Source: Lama glama (Eukaryota). Taken from it: a DNA stretch of 64,000 bases. Below the pieces are notes generated by a model, which made no database searches, was not told the DNA's origin, and saw nothing but the letters and a program-made list of their open reading frames with translations. The stretch covers positions 93,064,001-93,128,000 of the forward strand of contig CM052816.1 of assembly GCA_028534125.1 (NCBI GenBank), in the 5' to 3' direction. The translations under genes and the position numbers were made by a program. Shown piece after piece: positions 37,870-49,959 of the stretch (positions are counted from its first letter, which is position 1; every line of letters starts with the position of its first letter).

Positions 37870-38100
37870 ATTGAATATACCTGATCTTGGCATTGATGAC
37901 AAATACCGGCGTATCCTTGACAACTATGGGGCTGACATTGATATGATCTCGAAGCTGTATACAAAGCAGAGATGTGATCCTCCTTTGGCTCGAGACCAGC
38001 CTCCCATTGCTGGGAAGATTTTGTGGGCCCGTCAGCTCTTCCACAGGATTCAGCAACCAATGCAGCTTTTCCAGCAGCACCCAAGCGTGCTCCAGACGGC
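37870..38100 (+). CDS. DNAH5: DNAH5 exon 14, partial (cut by assembly gap)
   Basis: cag|[16 protein letters not shown]...[33 protein letters not shown], then Ns. Confidence 0.95.
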
Positions 38101-38600
38101 NNNNNNNNNNNNNNNNNNNNNNNNNNNNNNNNNNNNNNNNNNNNNNNNNNNNNNNNNNNNNNNNNNNNNNNNNNNNNNNNNNNNNNNNNNNNNNNNNNNN
38201 NNNNNNNNNNNNNNNNNNNNNNNNNNNNNNNNNNNNNNNNNNNNNNNNNNNNNNNNNNNNNNNNNNNNNNNNNNNNNNNNNNNNNNNNNNNNNNNNNNNN
38301 NNNNNNNNNNNNNNNNNNNNNNNNNNNNNNNNNNNNNNNNNNNNNNNNNNNNNNNNNNNNNNNNNNNNNNNNNNNNNNNNNNNNNNNNNNNNNNNNNNNN
38401 NNNNNNNNNNNNNNNNNNNNNNNNNNNNNNNNNNNNNNNNNNNNNNNNNNNNNNNNNNNNNNNNNNNNNNNNNNNNNNNNNNNNNNNNNNNNNNNNNNNN
38501 NNNNNNNNNNNNNNNNNNNNNNNNNNNNNNNNNNNNNNNNNNNNNNNNNNNNNNNNNNNNNNNNNNNNNNNNNNNNNNNNNNNNNNNNNNNNNNNNNNNN
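38101..38600. other. Assembly gap (500 N) interrupting exon 14
   Basis: Run of exactly 500 N. Confidence 0.99.
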
Positions 38601-39002
38601 AGTACGAAAGGCTGAGTTTTAAATGTCTACTGTATTTCTTAGAGATATTGTGACATAGATAATGAAATGAGGAGTGTTATTTTTAAGCCATTCCCTATGG
38701 AATTTTACCAAATATATGAAGTCATTAATTTCCTGGAAACTATATACACTTCCTATTTAATTTTATCCCCAGAGATGAGCTACATTTTAAAATTATACTT
38801 ACTGTTTGACATGAGACTTTAAAGGAACTTTAGAGTCATTCAACTATTTATACTAATAAGTTAGTGTGATTTTGAGACTCCTATTTAAATGATGTGGAGA
38901 TTTGGACAGGCCAGGCTGCTGAACAACAGGACACATGGGAAAAGGTTAAGCAAATATATTTTCTTAATGAGGGATAGAATACACTTTAAAATATAGGTAA
39001 GG

Positions 39003-39290
39003 TGATGTGTTCCATAAAACACGATTTCCCGAATGTGTACAAATATGCTGCAAAGAAAGAGTCTAGGCTCAGGTAAGCCTGGAAATCCAGTTTAAACAAA
39101 GTCAGCAGGCTTCTTTTCTGGAGGACTTTTCAGAGCCTTTAATATGCCATTGTCCAGTGGCATATTAAAGTGTCTCCTAAAGTGGGCTTTTGAAGGTGAC
39201 ATTTCCCAGAATCCCTTGGCTGCCTCCTAGGAGAGCCTGTTAACACCTGTAGACCTTCCATGGTGGGCAGTGGAACACAGGTTGGACCAC
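39003..39290. mobile_element. Charlie4z-like hAT relic
   Basis: TTAAACAAAGT...GGACTTTTCAGAGCCTTTAATATGC...CATTTCCCAG...GGAACACAG. Confidence 0.55.
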
Positions 39291-40169
39291 GGTGATGGAG
39301 GGGTTGTTCCAGGAAGACTTAGAAATCGCCATTCTCCTCTCCTACACGGTGTCCACACCGTCTCTTCCTGGCCCGATGCTCCCCATGTTTAAGGCCCAGA
39401 GTAAGTCCCACTGCCAGGAAGCCCACTAGGACTCTTTTACCACTCGGGGCCACTTACCACTGTGACCTCCTGGTGTTTTTCGTTGGGACTAAAGACTCTG
39501 TATTTTGATTTCTTCTCATGGTTCCATCTTTCTTCCCAAACTGACTGTAAAGGGCTTGAAAATCAAGCTGTTTCTTACACTTTTGTCTTCCTCTGAGCTG
39601 GGTTCATACTAGACACCCATACATGTGTGGATTCATACTTGCAATAGTTTTATATAGTTAATGGGTTTCCATTTCTTTACCTGCATAACCTCTTTCCTAC
39701 CCCTTTGGTTCTATCACCTCATTTCTGGGTCACCCCTTCCTGAGTCTCCCTTCTACATATCTCTCCTTTTATTTGCTCTCTCTCTTGCCGTCTTGTATTT
39801 GTGGCTGCTGAAGTAGTACATAGTCTACCGCCTAAATTGTCAAGAGCTTGTTTTAATAGCAGATTTTCACTGTACCTTCCTAATAACTTAGAGCTCAGAA
39901 GGGTTCAGCCTTTTATTTTACCAGGTGCTGTGTACTCAAGAATATTTGGTGGGTGCTGGGTTGAGTGGGGTAGAGGAGTGAGGAATTAGTGGTTGAGCTC
40001 TTCCATTCTCTTTGTTTTACTTCATAGGTTTGGAGAATAGATTCAAAGACAAAGTGTAAAGGGGTCTTTGGATATGAATGGGATGTGTTTCAGGCTCATT
40101 ACAATTTGAAGGTTGAATCGTATAAAATGCATGATCAGACACCCATAGCATTATAAGAATGGAGAACGT

Positions 40170-40305
40170 TGTAGAAACAATCTTAAATAAGACCTCCAAT
40201 TTACAGCTGGAAAACTTTGACCCACAGATGCTAAGTGGCTTCCGATGTATGGATGTAAGAAACAAGAATGAGTTTAGAATACAGTTTCCTGGCCTCCAAA
40301 CCAAT
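40170..40305 (-). mobile_element. MIR fragment
   Basis: CCAATTTACAGCTGGAAAACTTTGACCCACAGATGCTAAGTGGCTTCC resembles the MIR core. Confidence 0.6.
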
Positions 40306-40784
40306 ATTCCTTCCAAAATACATCTCCCCAGAAAATAAAACAAGAGGAAAGGAAGCATTGGTAAAATGTATAAAAACTTCATAGTAAGAGTCATCACAAC
40401 ATAAATTAGAACTGACTGCCAAGGCAGACTTCAGTAATATTCTCCCTGGAGAGTATTAGAATTGGAGTGTTAACAATTGGGATGTTTTATTAGTGTTAGC
40501 TGGAGACAGCAGATCATTTCTCAAGAAACTCTTTAGTTCTCTGATTCTCTCTCTCTCTCTCTTTTTTGTAATTTAAATGAAGAAACTGAGGGCTAACAAA
40601 GATTAGATTTCTTTAGGAGGCAAACTATGTTGAATCCCAGCAACAGCTGGGTTCTTTATTGGATTAGTGGGCTGACACTTCTATTTACAGGTGGTTATTT
40701 GTATCATGCAGATAAGAGAGCATTTGCTACTCTTCAAAACAACACACAGGACATCTTTGACATGATTTTGTACAGTCTACACAT

Positions 40785-41457
40785 GTTGTTTTGGTTTCCA
40801 ACTACAGCTGTAACAAACCACCACAGACTTAGTGGCTTAAAATAAGATGGCTGCGGGGGAAGAGTATAGCTCAAGTGGTAGAATGCGAGCTTAGCATGCA
40901 GGAGGTCCTGGGTTCAATCCCCAGTGCCTCCTCCAAGAATAAATAAATAAACAAACCTAATTACCTCCCCCTAAAAAACCCCCTAAGATAAAAATAAAAA
41001 GAAATAGAAAAAAAGCCATTAAAAAAAAATAAGATGGCTATGGAGGTGAGAAAGTCCAAAATGAATCTTAAGGAGTTAAAATCAACGTTGGATAGTTCCT
41101 TCTGGAGGCTCCAGGGAGGATCCTTTTCTCTGCCCTTTCCAGATGCCAGAGGCTGCCTGCATCATGCCTACATCCTTTGCCTCATGGTTGCTCCAACTTC
41201 AAACCAGCAGCATAGCACCTTTATATCTCTGTCTCTGTGTCCTGTGATCACACTGTCTTCTGTCTGACTCTGATCCTCCGACCTCCCTCTTATAAGGACT
41301 CTTCTGTCTACACTGGCCCCACCTAGATAATCCAGGAATCCATATCTCCAGATAGGACTTAAGCACACCTGCCAAGTCCCCTTTGCCATGTAAGGTAATA
41401 TTCACAGAGGATTAGGGTGTGGACGTTCTCAAAGGGCCATTATTCAGCTTATCACAC
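40785..41457. mobile_element. MaLR (MLT1-type) solo LTR, interrupted by a SINE
   Basis: GCTGTAACAAACCACCACAGACTTAGTGGCTTAAAA...TTCCTTCTGGAGGCTC...CTTTGCCATGTAAGGTAATATTCACAG...GGGCCATTATTCAGC. Confidence 0.85.
40853..41025 (+). mobile_element. Vic-1-type SINE inserted in a MaLR LTR
   Basis: tRNA-like head with A and B boxes, A-rich tail, perfect 14-bp TSD AAAATAAGATGGCT (40839-40852, 41026-41039). Confidence 0.9.
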
Positions 41458-42386
41458 ATATCCTTGAAGCTGCTTTGAAGAATCGATCAGAAATAGGAAA
41501 GAGCGCTCAATAGTATTTGAGCGCATATGCTTGGATGAAAGTTCTGGTTCTCTTTTAGGAGTGAATAAGCTTACCAGGCAGAACTATTTGGTATCTTGAG
41601 TGGCCCCTTTGATAATTAGCTTCAACATTTTTGAAAACTTTTAGGGGTTTACTCTTTAGGAATTAAAGGTACTTGTTTAAGGAAGTATTTACATCTTTGA
41701 TATATCATGAGGATGTAACATGTGTATAACAAGTAGTATCAGAAAAAAAGAAAATTTACCATATGATATTTGTTGAAAAATGTATTTACCCCTTAAATGG
41801 AGATACATTAACCATCATTCCTACTTTTGATGTAAATTGTTAATTTCTTCTGGAATTACTCTTCCTGTCCATGGAAACTAGTGTTCAATATTACTTCGGC
41901 ACAACTTAAAAAAAATATACCTTGTGATAGTAACAGTTAAAAAAAAATTGGGGGAATTTGACTTCAATAATATCTGCTGAATACCTCCTGTGGAATAGGC
42001 GCTGGGCTAAGTGTTGAAGATGCAAGGATGAAAAAGGTGATATTCCCGAGGAAGCTAAGACACGAGTAGACAACCTGGTGTACACAGAGATGGAGGGGTG
42101 CTCGGGATCGGTGCCGGTACAGGAGGAGGGCACTCCAGTATGTGCAGGTGCACAGAAAGCCTCCTGGAGGAGATGGGTTTGAGCTCAAACTTCAAGTTCA
42201 ATCTCAAGTCAAGAGTTAGCCAGGCTGAGAAAGTTAGGAGACTGGTTAAAGAAGGAACAGTGTGAGAAAACCAAGTGTGAAACAGCTCTGTGGAGCAACT
42301 TAAATCCTGATTTTCCTACTGAAGTTTAATCATGTTGATTAAAAAAAAAATGCTTAATCCCCCCTCCCCTTTTTTTTTCCCTAAAG

Positions 42387-42532
42387 AGGACCTGGAATTG
42401 CTGCTCGACAGGGTCAATGATTTGATCGAGTTCCGCATTGACGCCATCCTAGAAGAAATGGGTAGCACGCCTCTTTGTCAGCTCCCCCAGGAGGAGCCAC
42501 TTACCTGCGAAGAGTTTCTCCAGATGACAAAG
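42387..42532 (+). CDS. DNAH5: DNAH5 exon 17 (146 bp)
   Basis: aag|[29 protein letters not shown]...EEFLQMTK; donor AAG|gttatt. The start is inferred from the recalled phase because exon 16 is not visible. Confidence 0.9.
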
Positions 42533-43294
42533 GTTATTAGATGATTGATGCTTTTATTTAACAAAATTTGGGGGGGATTTATTTTTCTATAAAGCCATTA
42601 TTTGGAAGCATAAATTACATTTTATTCTCTACCCATGACTGGTGTGTGATAGATGTGATTCAAACGAGGAGCCTTCTGACAATAATTTGGAAATGAAGAG
42701 GAATATATCTGAGGATTTACTCAGACACAGAGAACAAATCATTTCTTTTCATATCAGTAGGAGGGAAATTGCCATGGAACACAGTTCTCATTATTTTCAT
42801 AGTTTTGAAGAATAGAGCTATTTTGCTGAAGAGCTTCTAGTAGGTTAGGGTTAATTAATAAAATAATTGTTTTAAACAGCCTCTGGACAGAATTTCTTCT
42901 TTGAGCATTTCTACAGTGGTTCCCAGACTGGTGTTCTGAGGCACAGACGCAGTTCTGGAGCCGTTGCTGGGAAAGCTGGGAAAGGTGGGGTCTGTGTTCA
43001 ATCTGGTAAAGACTACCCTCTTTTTCCCTTCCAGAGTCTTTTCACATTAACATATTAAAATAAAGACGTTCAGAAGTTCTCCTGAGAAAGTATCTATTTA
43101 ATGTATTATTTCTTTAATCTGTTATTTCTCAAACATTAGCAAACGGAACACTTTCTTCCCTGTGCCAGGACTAGGATCCCGGGGGCAGTGCTCCATGAAG
43201 TGACCCTTTGGCAACGTCACTTCAGCATCATTTGCAACATTTCCATTGGGCATCTCGATTACAAAAACTCATCAGTGGTGATTTTAATATGGTA

Positions 43295-43817
43295 TGTCAG
43301 GAGTCCTCAAGACCAGCCCCACCAGAAGGACTCATGGAACTTAGAACCACTAAAGGCTAAGATCTGTCACAGCTACGTAGGAAGAATACACAGTCAGGCC
43401 ATGAGGGAAGAGACCGGCAGAGTTTGCAGGAATGCATGAGTGGGCTTCCTTATGCATTCTCCCTGCCATGGGGGGCCACACAGAGCTCACTGTCCCCTCA
43501 CCCTCAGCAACAAGAATATAGCGACAGGTCTGCAACATTTGTGCCCAGGAAAGCCTGTTAGAGACTTAATGCCCAAGGTTTTTATTCGGTCTCATCACAC
43601 AGGCACCCTCTGCCTAGCGTGGACTAAAATTCCAGACACCCAGAAGGAGAGCAGGTTTTTGGCATAAACCACACTGTTTGCACAGGCAGTCCAGGCATAG
43701 AGAAAGAGTTACTCTTTACAACCTTCCCGAAATCTAGGCTCCCAGACACCCGCCAAAGACCAGCCTCACCAGCAGGCCAGCGATCTCAGACCTGCCATGT
43801 TAGCCTTTTTCTGCATA
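43295..43817. mobile_element. MER21-like ERVL LTR
   Basis: TGTCAGGAGTCCTCAAGACC...GGCACCCTCTGCCTAGC...CAGAAGGAGAGCAGGT...ATAAACCACACTGTTTGCACA. Confidence 0.75.
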
Positions 43818-44229
43818 TGTGGTCATACTTAGCTTATATTAAATTATTATATAATCAAAATTAAATGTCTGCACTTTAGAAATTTCCGGTTCTTCCTTCT
43901 CTCAGACTCATTAACTGTTGGTAGACCCCAAACCCCATCTTGTCTCTCCTGTGCGTTTTTTAATGTGCCCCCAGCCGAGAAATCACTGGGCTTCACGATT
44001 TTTAATATTAATTATCCCTATTTTAATTATTATCTTATAAAATTCATTTCTTTTAAATTTAAAAGCAAGTTTTAGAATATTTAAAAAAATAGGAAAAGAT
44101 AGCATTTTTACCGATTATGCCACCATTGTTATAATTTTGGTGTACTGCCTTTTTATACCATTTTATCATAATTTTGGTGTATTGCCTACTTATAGGCAAA
44201 TTATACTTAATAAATTTGTGATCCCTACC

Positions 44230-44830
44230 ATACATACAGCAGATTTTGAATAGTGTTTTTTTCCTCCCACCTACCGTTTCTTCACAAACTATTTTTCATG
44301 TTGCTACATGGCTTTCATAGTCCCCATTTTAATGATGCCTTCAGAATAGTCCATTGAGTTGTTATACCTTAATTACTACTTCCTTGTTGTTGGACAGTTA
44401 AATGGTTTCCAAAGTTTCGCTATTTTGCTGAGGGCTGCAATGAATATATTTATATATTTCATGCTTTCTTCCCCTTTAGGAGTATTTCCTCCTCCAAAAT
44501 AGGATTATTGTCTCAGAGGTTGTGTCTTCATTTAATGGCTCTTAATGTTTGTAGCCAAATCACTTTTCAAAATGATGGTGTCAACTTGCAATGCCATCAG
44601 CAGTGCAATAATACCAATTTCACTCTCTTCCAGCAAACACTGTTTTATTATAGTTATAATAAATTATAATAAATTTTTTATTATAATAAGTTACATAAAA
44701 GAGCAGTACATTTCTTATAATTAAGTATAATAATACATTTATTATAATAAATAATTATAATTTATTAATTTTAGTTTAAGTAGCAAAATCATAGAGCCTA
44801 ATTTTAATTTGCATTTTGATTACTAAAGTG
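44230..44830 (-). mobile_element. Ancient L1 (L1ME-type) fragment with AT-rich expansion
   Basis: TGTTGGACAGTTAAATGGTTTCCAA...GGCTGCAATGAATAT...TTTTAATTTGCATTT. Confidence 0.6.
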
Positions 44831-44879
44831 AATGATTATCAATATAACAGAAACTTTCCCTTGAATTTAGTTCTTATAA

Positions 44880-45250
44880 TTCACTTATTCCTTCATTCAT
44901 TTTTGTGGTGCTTCTATGCAAACCACTGCTTAGGATACAACAGAGAACAAAACAGATGAGATCCTTGCCATTACGATGCCCACTTTCAAGTGGAGGATAC
45001 AGAAAAACAGGCAAACAAAATAGCCAATAAACCAACATGTCAGGTGATAAGTTCAATGGAGAAAAATTAAGAGGTTGTGGACAAAAGGAGTACCTGAGAG
45101 AGGGTTGTGATTTTATGATGATGGTGAGGGAGGACTTCTGTGATTACATCTGAACACAGGAAGTGAGGGAGCCAGCCTTGTGAATATCTTTGGAGAAAAG
45201 CATTCCAGGCAGAGGGAATAGCAAGTGCAAAGGCCCTGAGGCAGAAGCCT
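44880..45250 (-). mobile_element. L2 3' fragment
   Basis: TTCATTCATT start, GAACAAAACAGA, AGCATTCCAGGCAGAGGGAATAGCAAGTGCAAAGGCCCTGAGGCAG. Confidence 0.8.
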
Positions 45251-46414
45251 GTTGTTCTGATAGAAAGATGTTGAGTTGAGGTTCATTGGGTATGTTCATA
45301 TGCTGAGGGGGAAAATCAAGTAGAGAAGGAGAAAGTGAATGGGTGGTTAGTATAGTCTCTGGGGAAGCAGGAGAGTCTGTGACTTAAAACTCAGATTCTG
45401 TGACTGTGTATTTTTAAATAGAAAGAGAAACATTGCATTCACTGAACAAGGAAGAAAAAGAGTTAATGAGGGAGACTGATTTGTCTTTTGGATGAGAGTG
45501 TGGAGTCAGGGCCACGCAGGGGCCTCCATTCGCTTTGTAATATCCCATCCCTTACCCGGTCTCCGACCTGGGTCTTTTTCATAGCTGTCTTTAGGACATA
45601 TAGCCTTTGTCTTAGGCTGGGGTTGGAGATTAGTAGTTGGGTGAAGTTCTGGGTTGGGAACAAAGTTGTTATTTTATACTTTATTTGATGATAAAGAGGT
45701 TTAGATAGTTTCAGGACACATCAGAATCTTACTACTTTAATGGCATCAAAATGCCATATGCCCTGTAGCAGTGGACTGGAGGTGGATGTCATGGGTGATG
45801 AGGAGGTAAAGGAAGTGTGAAGCTGGAGTTTGGAGTGGATGGTCCATGAGCCTGTTGGAGAGTCTCAAGATGAATGATGGTGGAGCTTGCAATGGAGCTG
45901 GAGACTATGACCAGCTCAGAGCCTGTTGCTTCATGGGCTTATTTTCCAACTAGGTGGTAAATCACTGTTTACATCATCTATTCTCATCTCTGTCTTGATT
46001 AAAGTGCCCAACACCTTAGAAATGTGTAATCTATTTGGAGACGAGGGGACTATCTAAAATTAATTAGGAGTTGACTAATTGGGATCATTGGCAAAGGTGA
46101 GGAGGGCAGGAAGGCTGTGAAATGAAGAAAACTTCATGGGAAGAAAGGCTGTTCATGGCTTTTAGAGTTATATTTTCCACTGCTGCAGAAGTAGGTGTGA
46201 TTCTGGTCCAACTACACTGCTCTGGTTGGTTCTCTTGTCTTCAACACATTCATTCACAGGATGCCTGGCCTGGGTTAGTGTGAGAGGTGTGGCCAGGCAT
46301 CATTGGAGGCCAACATCTCATCTGGCGGCTGAACCTATAGCTTAGTATCGTTACTGATGTGCTCTCAAGAGCTGGATAAACAAACATGACATGTGCTAAT
46401 TTTTTTTTTTGTAG

Positions 46415-46580
46415 GACCTTTGTGTAAATGGTGCTCAGATACTACACTTTAAAAGCTCATTAGTAGAGGAAGCAGTCAATGAGCTCATAAATATGTTGCT
46501 GGAGATGGAAGTTCCATCTAAGGAAGAAAATGAAAAAGTACCCAATGTCAAGAGTGCAGATTCAAAAAATGAAAATTTAG
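46415..46580 (+). CDS. DNAH5: DNAH5 exon 18 (166 bp)
   Basis: tag|[32 protein letters not shown]...KNENL; donor G|gtaaga. Confidence 0.95.
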
Positions 46581-47309
46581 GTAAGACACGGGGTAATGGA
46601 AGGGTCTTGTTTTTCTAGGACATTACTGAAAACTAAAATTAATTTTCTACAAAGCAGTGTATTTCACACTTCTACAAACACCTTCCCAATTTTATAAGGA
46701 CGTTTCTAAATCTGATATTATGATTCAGAGCACATTTTAATGGCTCCGTGTCATTAATTCCCATTATTTTTTTTTGTTAAACCCTAGAAATACTTTGCAT
46801 TGGCCCTGGTTAGCTCTCTTTGCACTTATGTACAAGTGTATGTCTTTTCACTTTATCAGTAAAGCAGGATGGTTTCTGGATTGGAATTCCCACTGGAGTA
46901 TTTCTACACCAGAGCAAATGGTTTGCAGGACAGATGAAGACACTGAGAGGCAGACAAGGGGAGCTATTCCCCCAAGGTTTTATGGTTATTGGTGGAAGAG
47001 GGAATCCAGAGAACCAGCACCCAGGCTCCCAGGCCCTGTCTTGCTTTTGCAGCCATAGCTTCTGCCTCTCCTCCTGTTTCCTCACACCAAGAGGAGAGGC
47101 CTCCAGCAGTCCACCTGGGGCCCCAATATCCTCTTTGACAGCGTCATTTCATAAGAAGTGTGACGTTTAAGTGTTATTAAACTTGCATGTAATTTATCTA
47201 AATTTTCTTTAATTGCAATAGATGGTTCTCTCACTCTCTCTTAATCTCCTCCCCGCTATCCTCCACCCCTCCCACCTCATCTCTTTCAATTTCTCTCATT
47301 TTGTAACAG

Positions 47310-47549
47310 CAAAAAGAGAAGAAGGAAATTCGGGCTCCTTGACATCGTCCCTTAATGCCGGGGCAGGCCCCCTCCCTTTGACAACAATCATGAGGAAGAA
47401 GAGAGAGACTGAGGTGTTGCAGGAAGGAGCCCTCGAGTTGCTCTCTCATTTCAATCACCAAAACACGGAAGCGCTTCTGAAAGTTACAAGGAATACGCTA
47501 GAGGCCATTCGCAAGCGAGTTCATGCCTCCAACACGATGAACTTCCTGG
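47310..47549 (+). CDS. DNAH5: DNAH5 exon 19 (240 bp)
   Basis: cag|[10 protein letters not shown]...[28 protein letters not shown]...MNFL; donor G|gtgatg. Confidence 0.93.
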
Positions 47550-47679
47550 GTGATGATTCCACACAGTTTGCCTCCTGGCTGGCCAGGCGTGGTTGCTGGT
47601 TGTGTGTGGTATCTGCGTGCGTGTGTGTATCTGTGTGTGCGTGTACGCATGTGTTCCTGTTAAATTTACACAATTAAAA

Positions 47680-47830
47680 ACCTCACCATTTATTGAGTGC
47701 CTCCTTGTAAGTTTATATATTATGAACTCGAGTTATCCCAACAATTCTACAAAGTAGATACTATCATTACTCTCATTTAAAACGGAGAAGGCTGGAGTCC
47801 AGGGAGGTTAAGTAATTTGCTTAAAATCGA
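47680..47830 (-). mobile_element. MIR fragment
   Basis: CATTTATTGAGTGCCT...GTAGATACTATCATTACTCTCATTT...GAGGTTAAGTAATTTGC. Confidence 0.65.
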
Positions 47831-49127
47831 TTAGCTTTTGCTAACAACATAATAGTTGGCATCCCATTTAATCTTTTTGTAATAAGGTGAAAACATGTGA
47901 AATGAATTATTTTAATTAGTAAAAGAAAACAGACATACTTTAAAAAGAAGATATATAGAAAGATAATTTCATTGTTAAATTATTAGATTATTCGCCAGTC
48001 TTATAAAATGAGAAGCATCTTATTAATGCTGTGAACTCCAAAGGAGTATTTTTTTTTAAAACTATTTTCGTGTCAGTTTAGTACTTGCCGGCTGGTTTCC
48101 TCATTCTCAATACAATCATCTTTCCCTCAGCATCCTTCAGAAATAGGTGTTGTGTTTCCCAGGTGGGCCACAGAAATCCATCAAACCTAGAGACATGGTG
48201 AAATTAAATTTTAAATTAAAAATATAAAAAAAGTAATGGTAAATAATTAAAATTGAAAAAATAATAGGGCAATAAAACCTTTTTATTTATTTTGAATATT
48301 GGCGTTTTAGGGAAAGTGTCTCTAATATTTAATTAAAAGTGGATGAATAGAAGTGGAAACATTAAAATAATTTTTTGTTCGATGGCATAGTTTATTATGT
48401 TTCCTTTCACTTCGGAATGGAGGGTAGTCCTTTGACTTAGGGATCATATTAGAACTTAGCAACTGTTGGTTGATATGCTGAATATCGTTACGTGTCTTTC
48501 CCAACTTTTTATATTACAAGTATCTCCAGCTATGTATGTATAGTTAAACACACAGATAGCCACGTTTATATGTCTATATTTGTACCTATATCCAACTTTA
48601 AAAGCCTCTTAGATGTAAATGGTGAATCACACTTTATTTCTTCACTCTAACTGCCCCCAGTTTGGATATACTCACAGTGGTAGGAAAGACATGTGTTATT
48701 TGAAATTCCAGACTGGCTATTTGTTCTGACTTACGCTTGTTCTGACGGTTGTCCATGTTCTTCATTCTACATTTGATTTGTTGGTATCCTGTTATTTGGA
48801 TGGTGTCATCTTCAATATTTTAGATAAGAGTATATATATTTAGGCCTGGCTTTGCACAGTGCGTTTCCTTTCTGGAGAGTGTACCTGTAGATGGTAATCA
48901 GCAGAAAATGGCTTGGGTTTCCCTGAACTGTTCTGTTATATTGAGTAAAACTAGATACTCCATTAGTTTCTATTCATTCATTTCATTCATCCATTCAACA
49001 AATACATATTGTCCAATGATATACCTATTATGTATTGTTCTAGATGCTTTAACTTTTCTGATTAAAAATGAAACAAATCCCATTTTAAATAAAAAAATTA
49101 AATCTTCCCTATTTTGTGTTAACTCAG

Positions 49128-49318
49128 ACAGTAACAGTGCCTCTAAAACGAAGCAGAACTGTCTGCCCATTTTCCGGGCAAGCATCACCCTGACCATTCC
49201 CAACATCGCCATGGCCCCCACCCTGGAAGACATACAGCAGACGCTGAACAAAGCCGTGGAGTGCATCGTCACTGTCACCAAGGGGGTTAGACAGTGGAGC
49301 AGTGAGCTGTTGTCCAAG
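49128..49318 (+). CDS. DNAH5: DNAH5 exon 20 (191 bp)
   Basis: cag|[28 protein letters not shown]...WSSELLSK; donor AAG|gtgggt. Confidence 0.95.
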
Positions 49319-49406
49319 GTGGGTGTGGGATGAAGGAATCATTTCATGTGGAAGCTGCTGCTTTTATAGATCGGATGCAGATGAAAAATATCCTTTTGCA
49401 TTGTAG

Positions 49407-49494
49407 AAAAAGATGCATGAAAGGAAGGTGGCTGCTTTGCAGAATAATGAAGACAGTGATTCTGATGTTGAGATGGGAGAAAATGAACCTCAAG
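49407..49494 (+). CDS. DNAH5: DNAH5 exon 21 (88 bp)
   Basis: tag|AAA after an 88-bp intron; [29 protein letters not shown]; donor G|gtaagt. Confidence 0.94.
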
Positions 49495-49959
49495 GTAAGT
49501 GCTGTTTTAGTCCTTTCTAACTAGTCATTGTCAATCAACACTTATTGAGCTAAGATGTATTTTCCCTCCATACAATTCTCAAATCAGATTAGATCAGAAT
49601 ATTAATTTGTGGGCCAATTTTAAGTTTATAAAATATAAAGATTCAGGTATTTTAGTATCATCATTGTAAGTAATATATTGGCGACTGTTGTGGCTGCATC
49701 ACTGTCCAGTGTAATGGGGGTGATGGACTGGGGGACAAGACGGATTTTTGTTTCACAATGTAAAGAGAAACTTGTCATCATCACAATGAATATTCCCTAA
49801 CATTTGAGAGATATTTTTGTATTTTGACTCAATATGCATCCTGTTTTGCTAACATGCTGTGATTTTTTTGCTGTATATCTCATGGTTTTCATTTATATTT
49901 TGTAATATTAAGGAGCATAGGACATCCAAGTTGCTAATGATAGTCCTACAAATATCTTC

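Noticed and set aside
37974..38622. 213-aa and 199-aa ORFs overlapping exon 14
   Set aside because: Alternative frames inflated by the N gap
40213..40245. Translation NFDPQMLSGFR resembles the missing exon 15 peptide (recalled human NFDPQILILFR)
   Set aside because: Flanking residues do not match DNAH5 and the nucleotides fit a MIR core; most likely coincidence, not a decayed exon
38601..42386. DNAH5 pseudogenisation by exon loss
   Set aside because: All visible exons are stop-free and in phase with intact splice sites; the missing part coincides with an assembly gap
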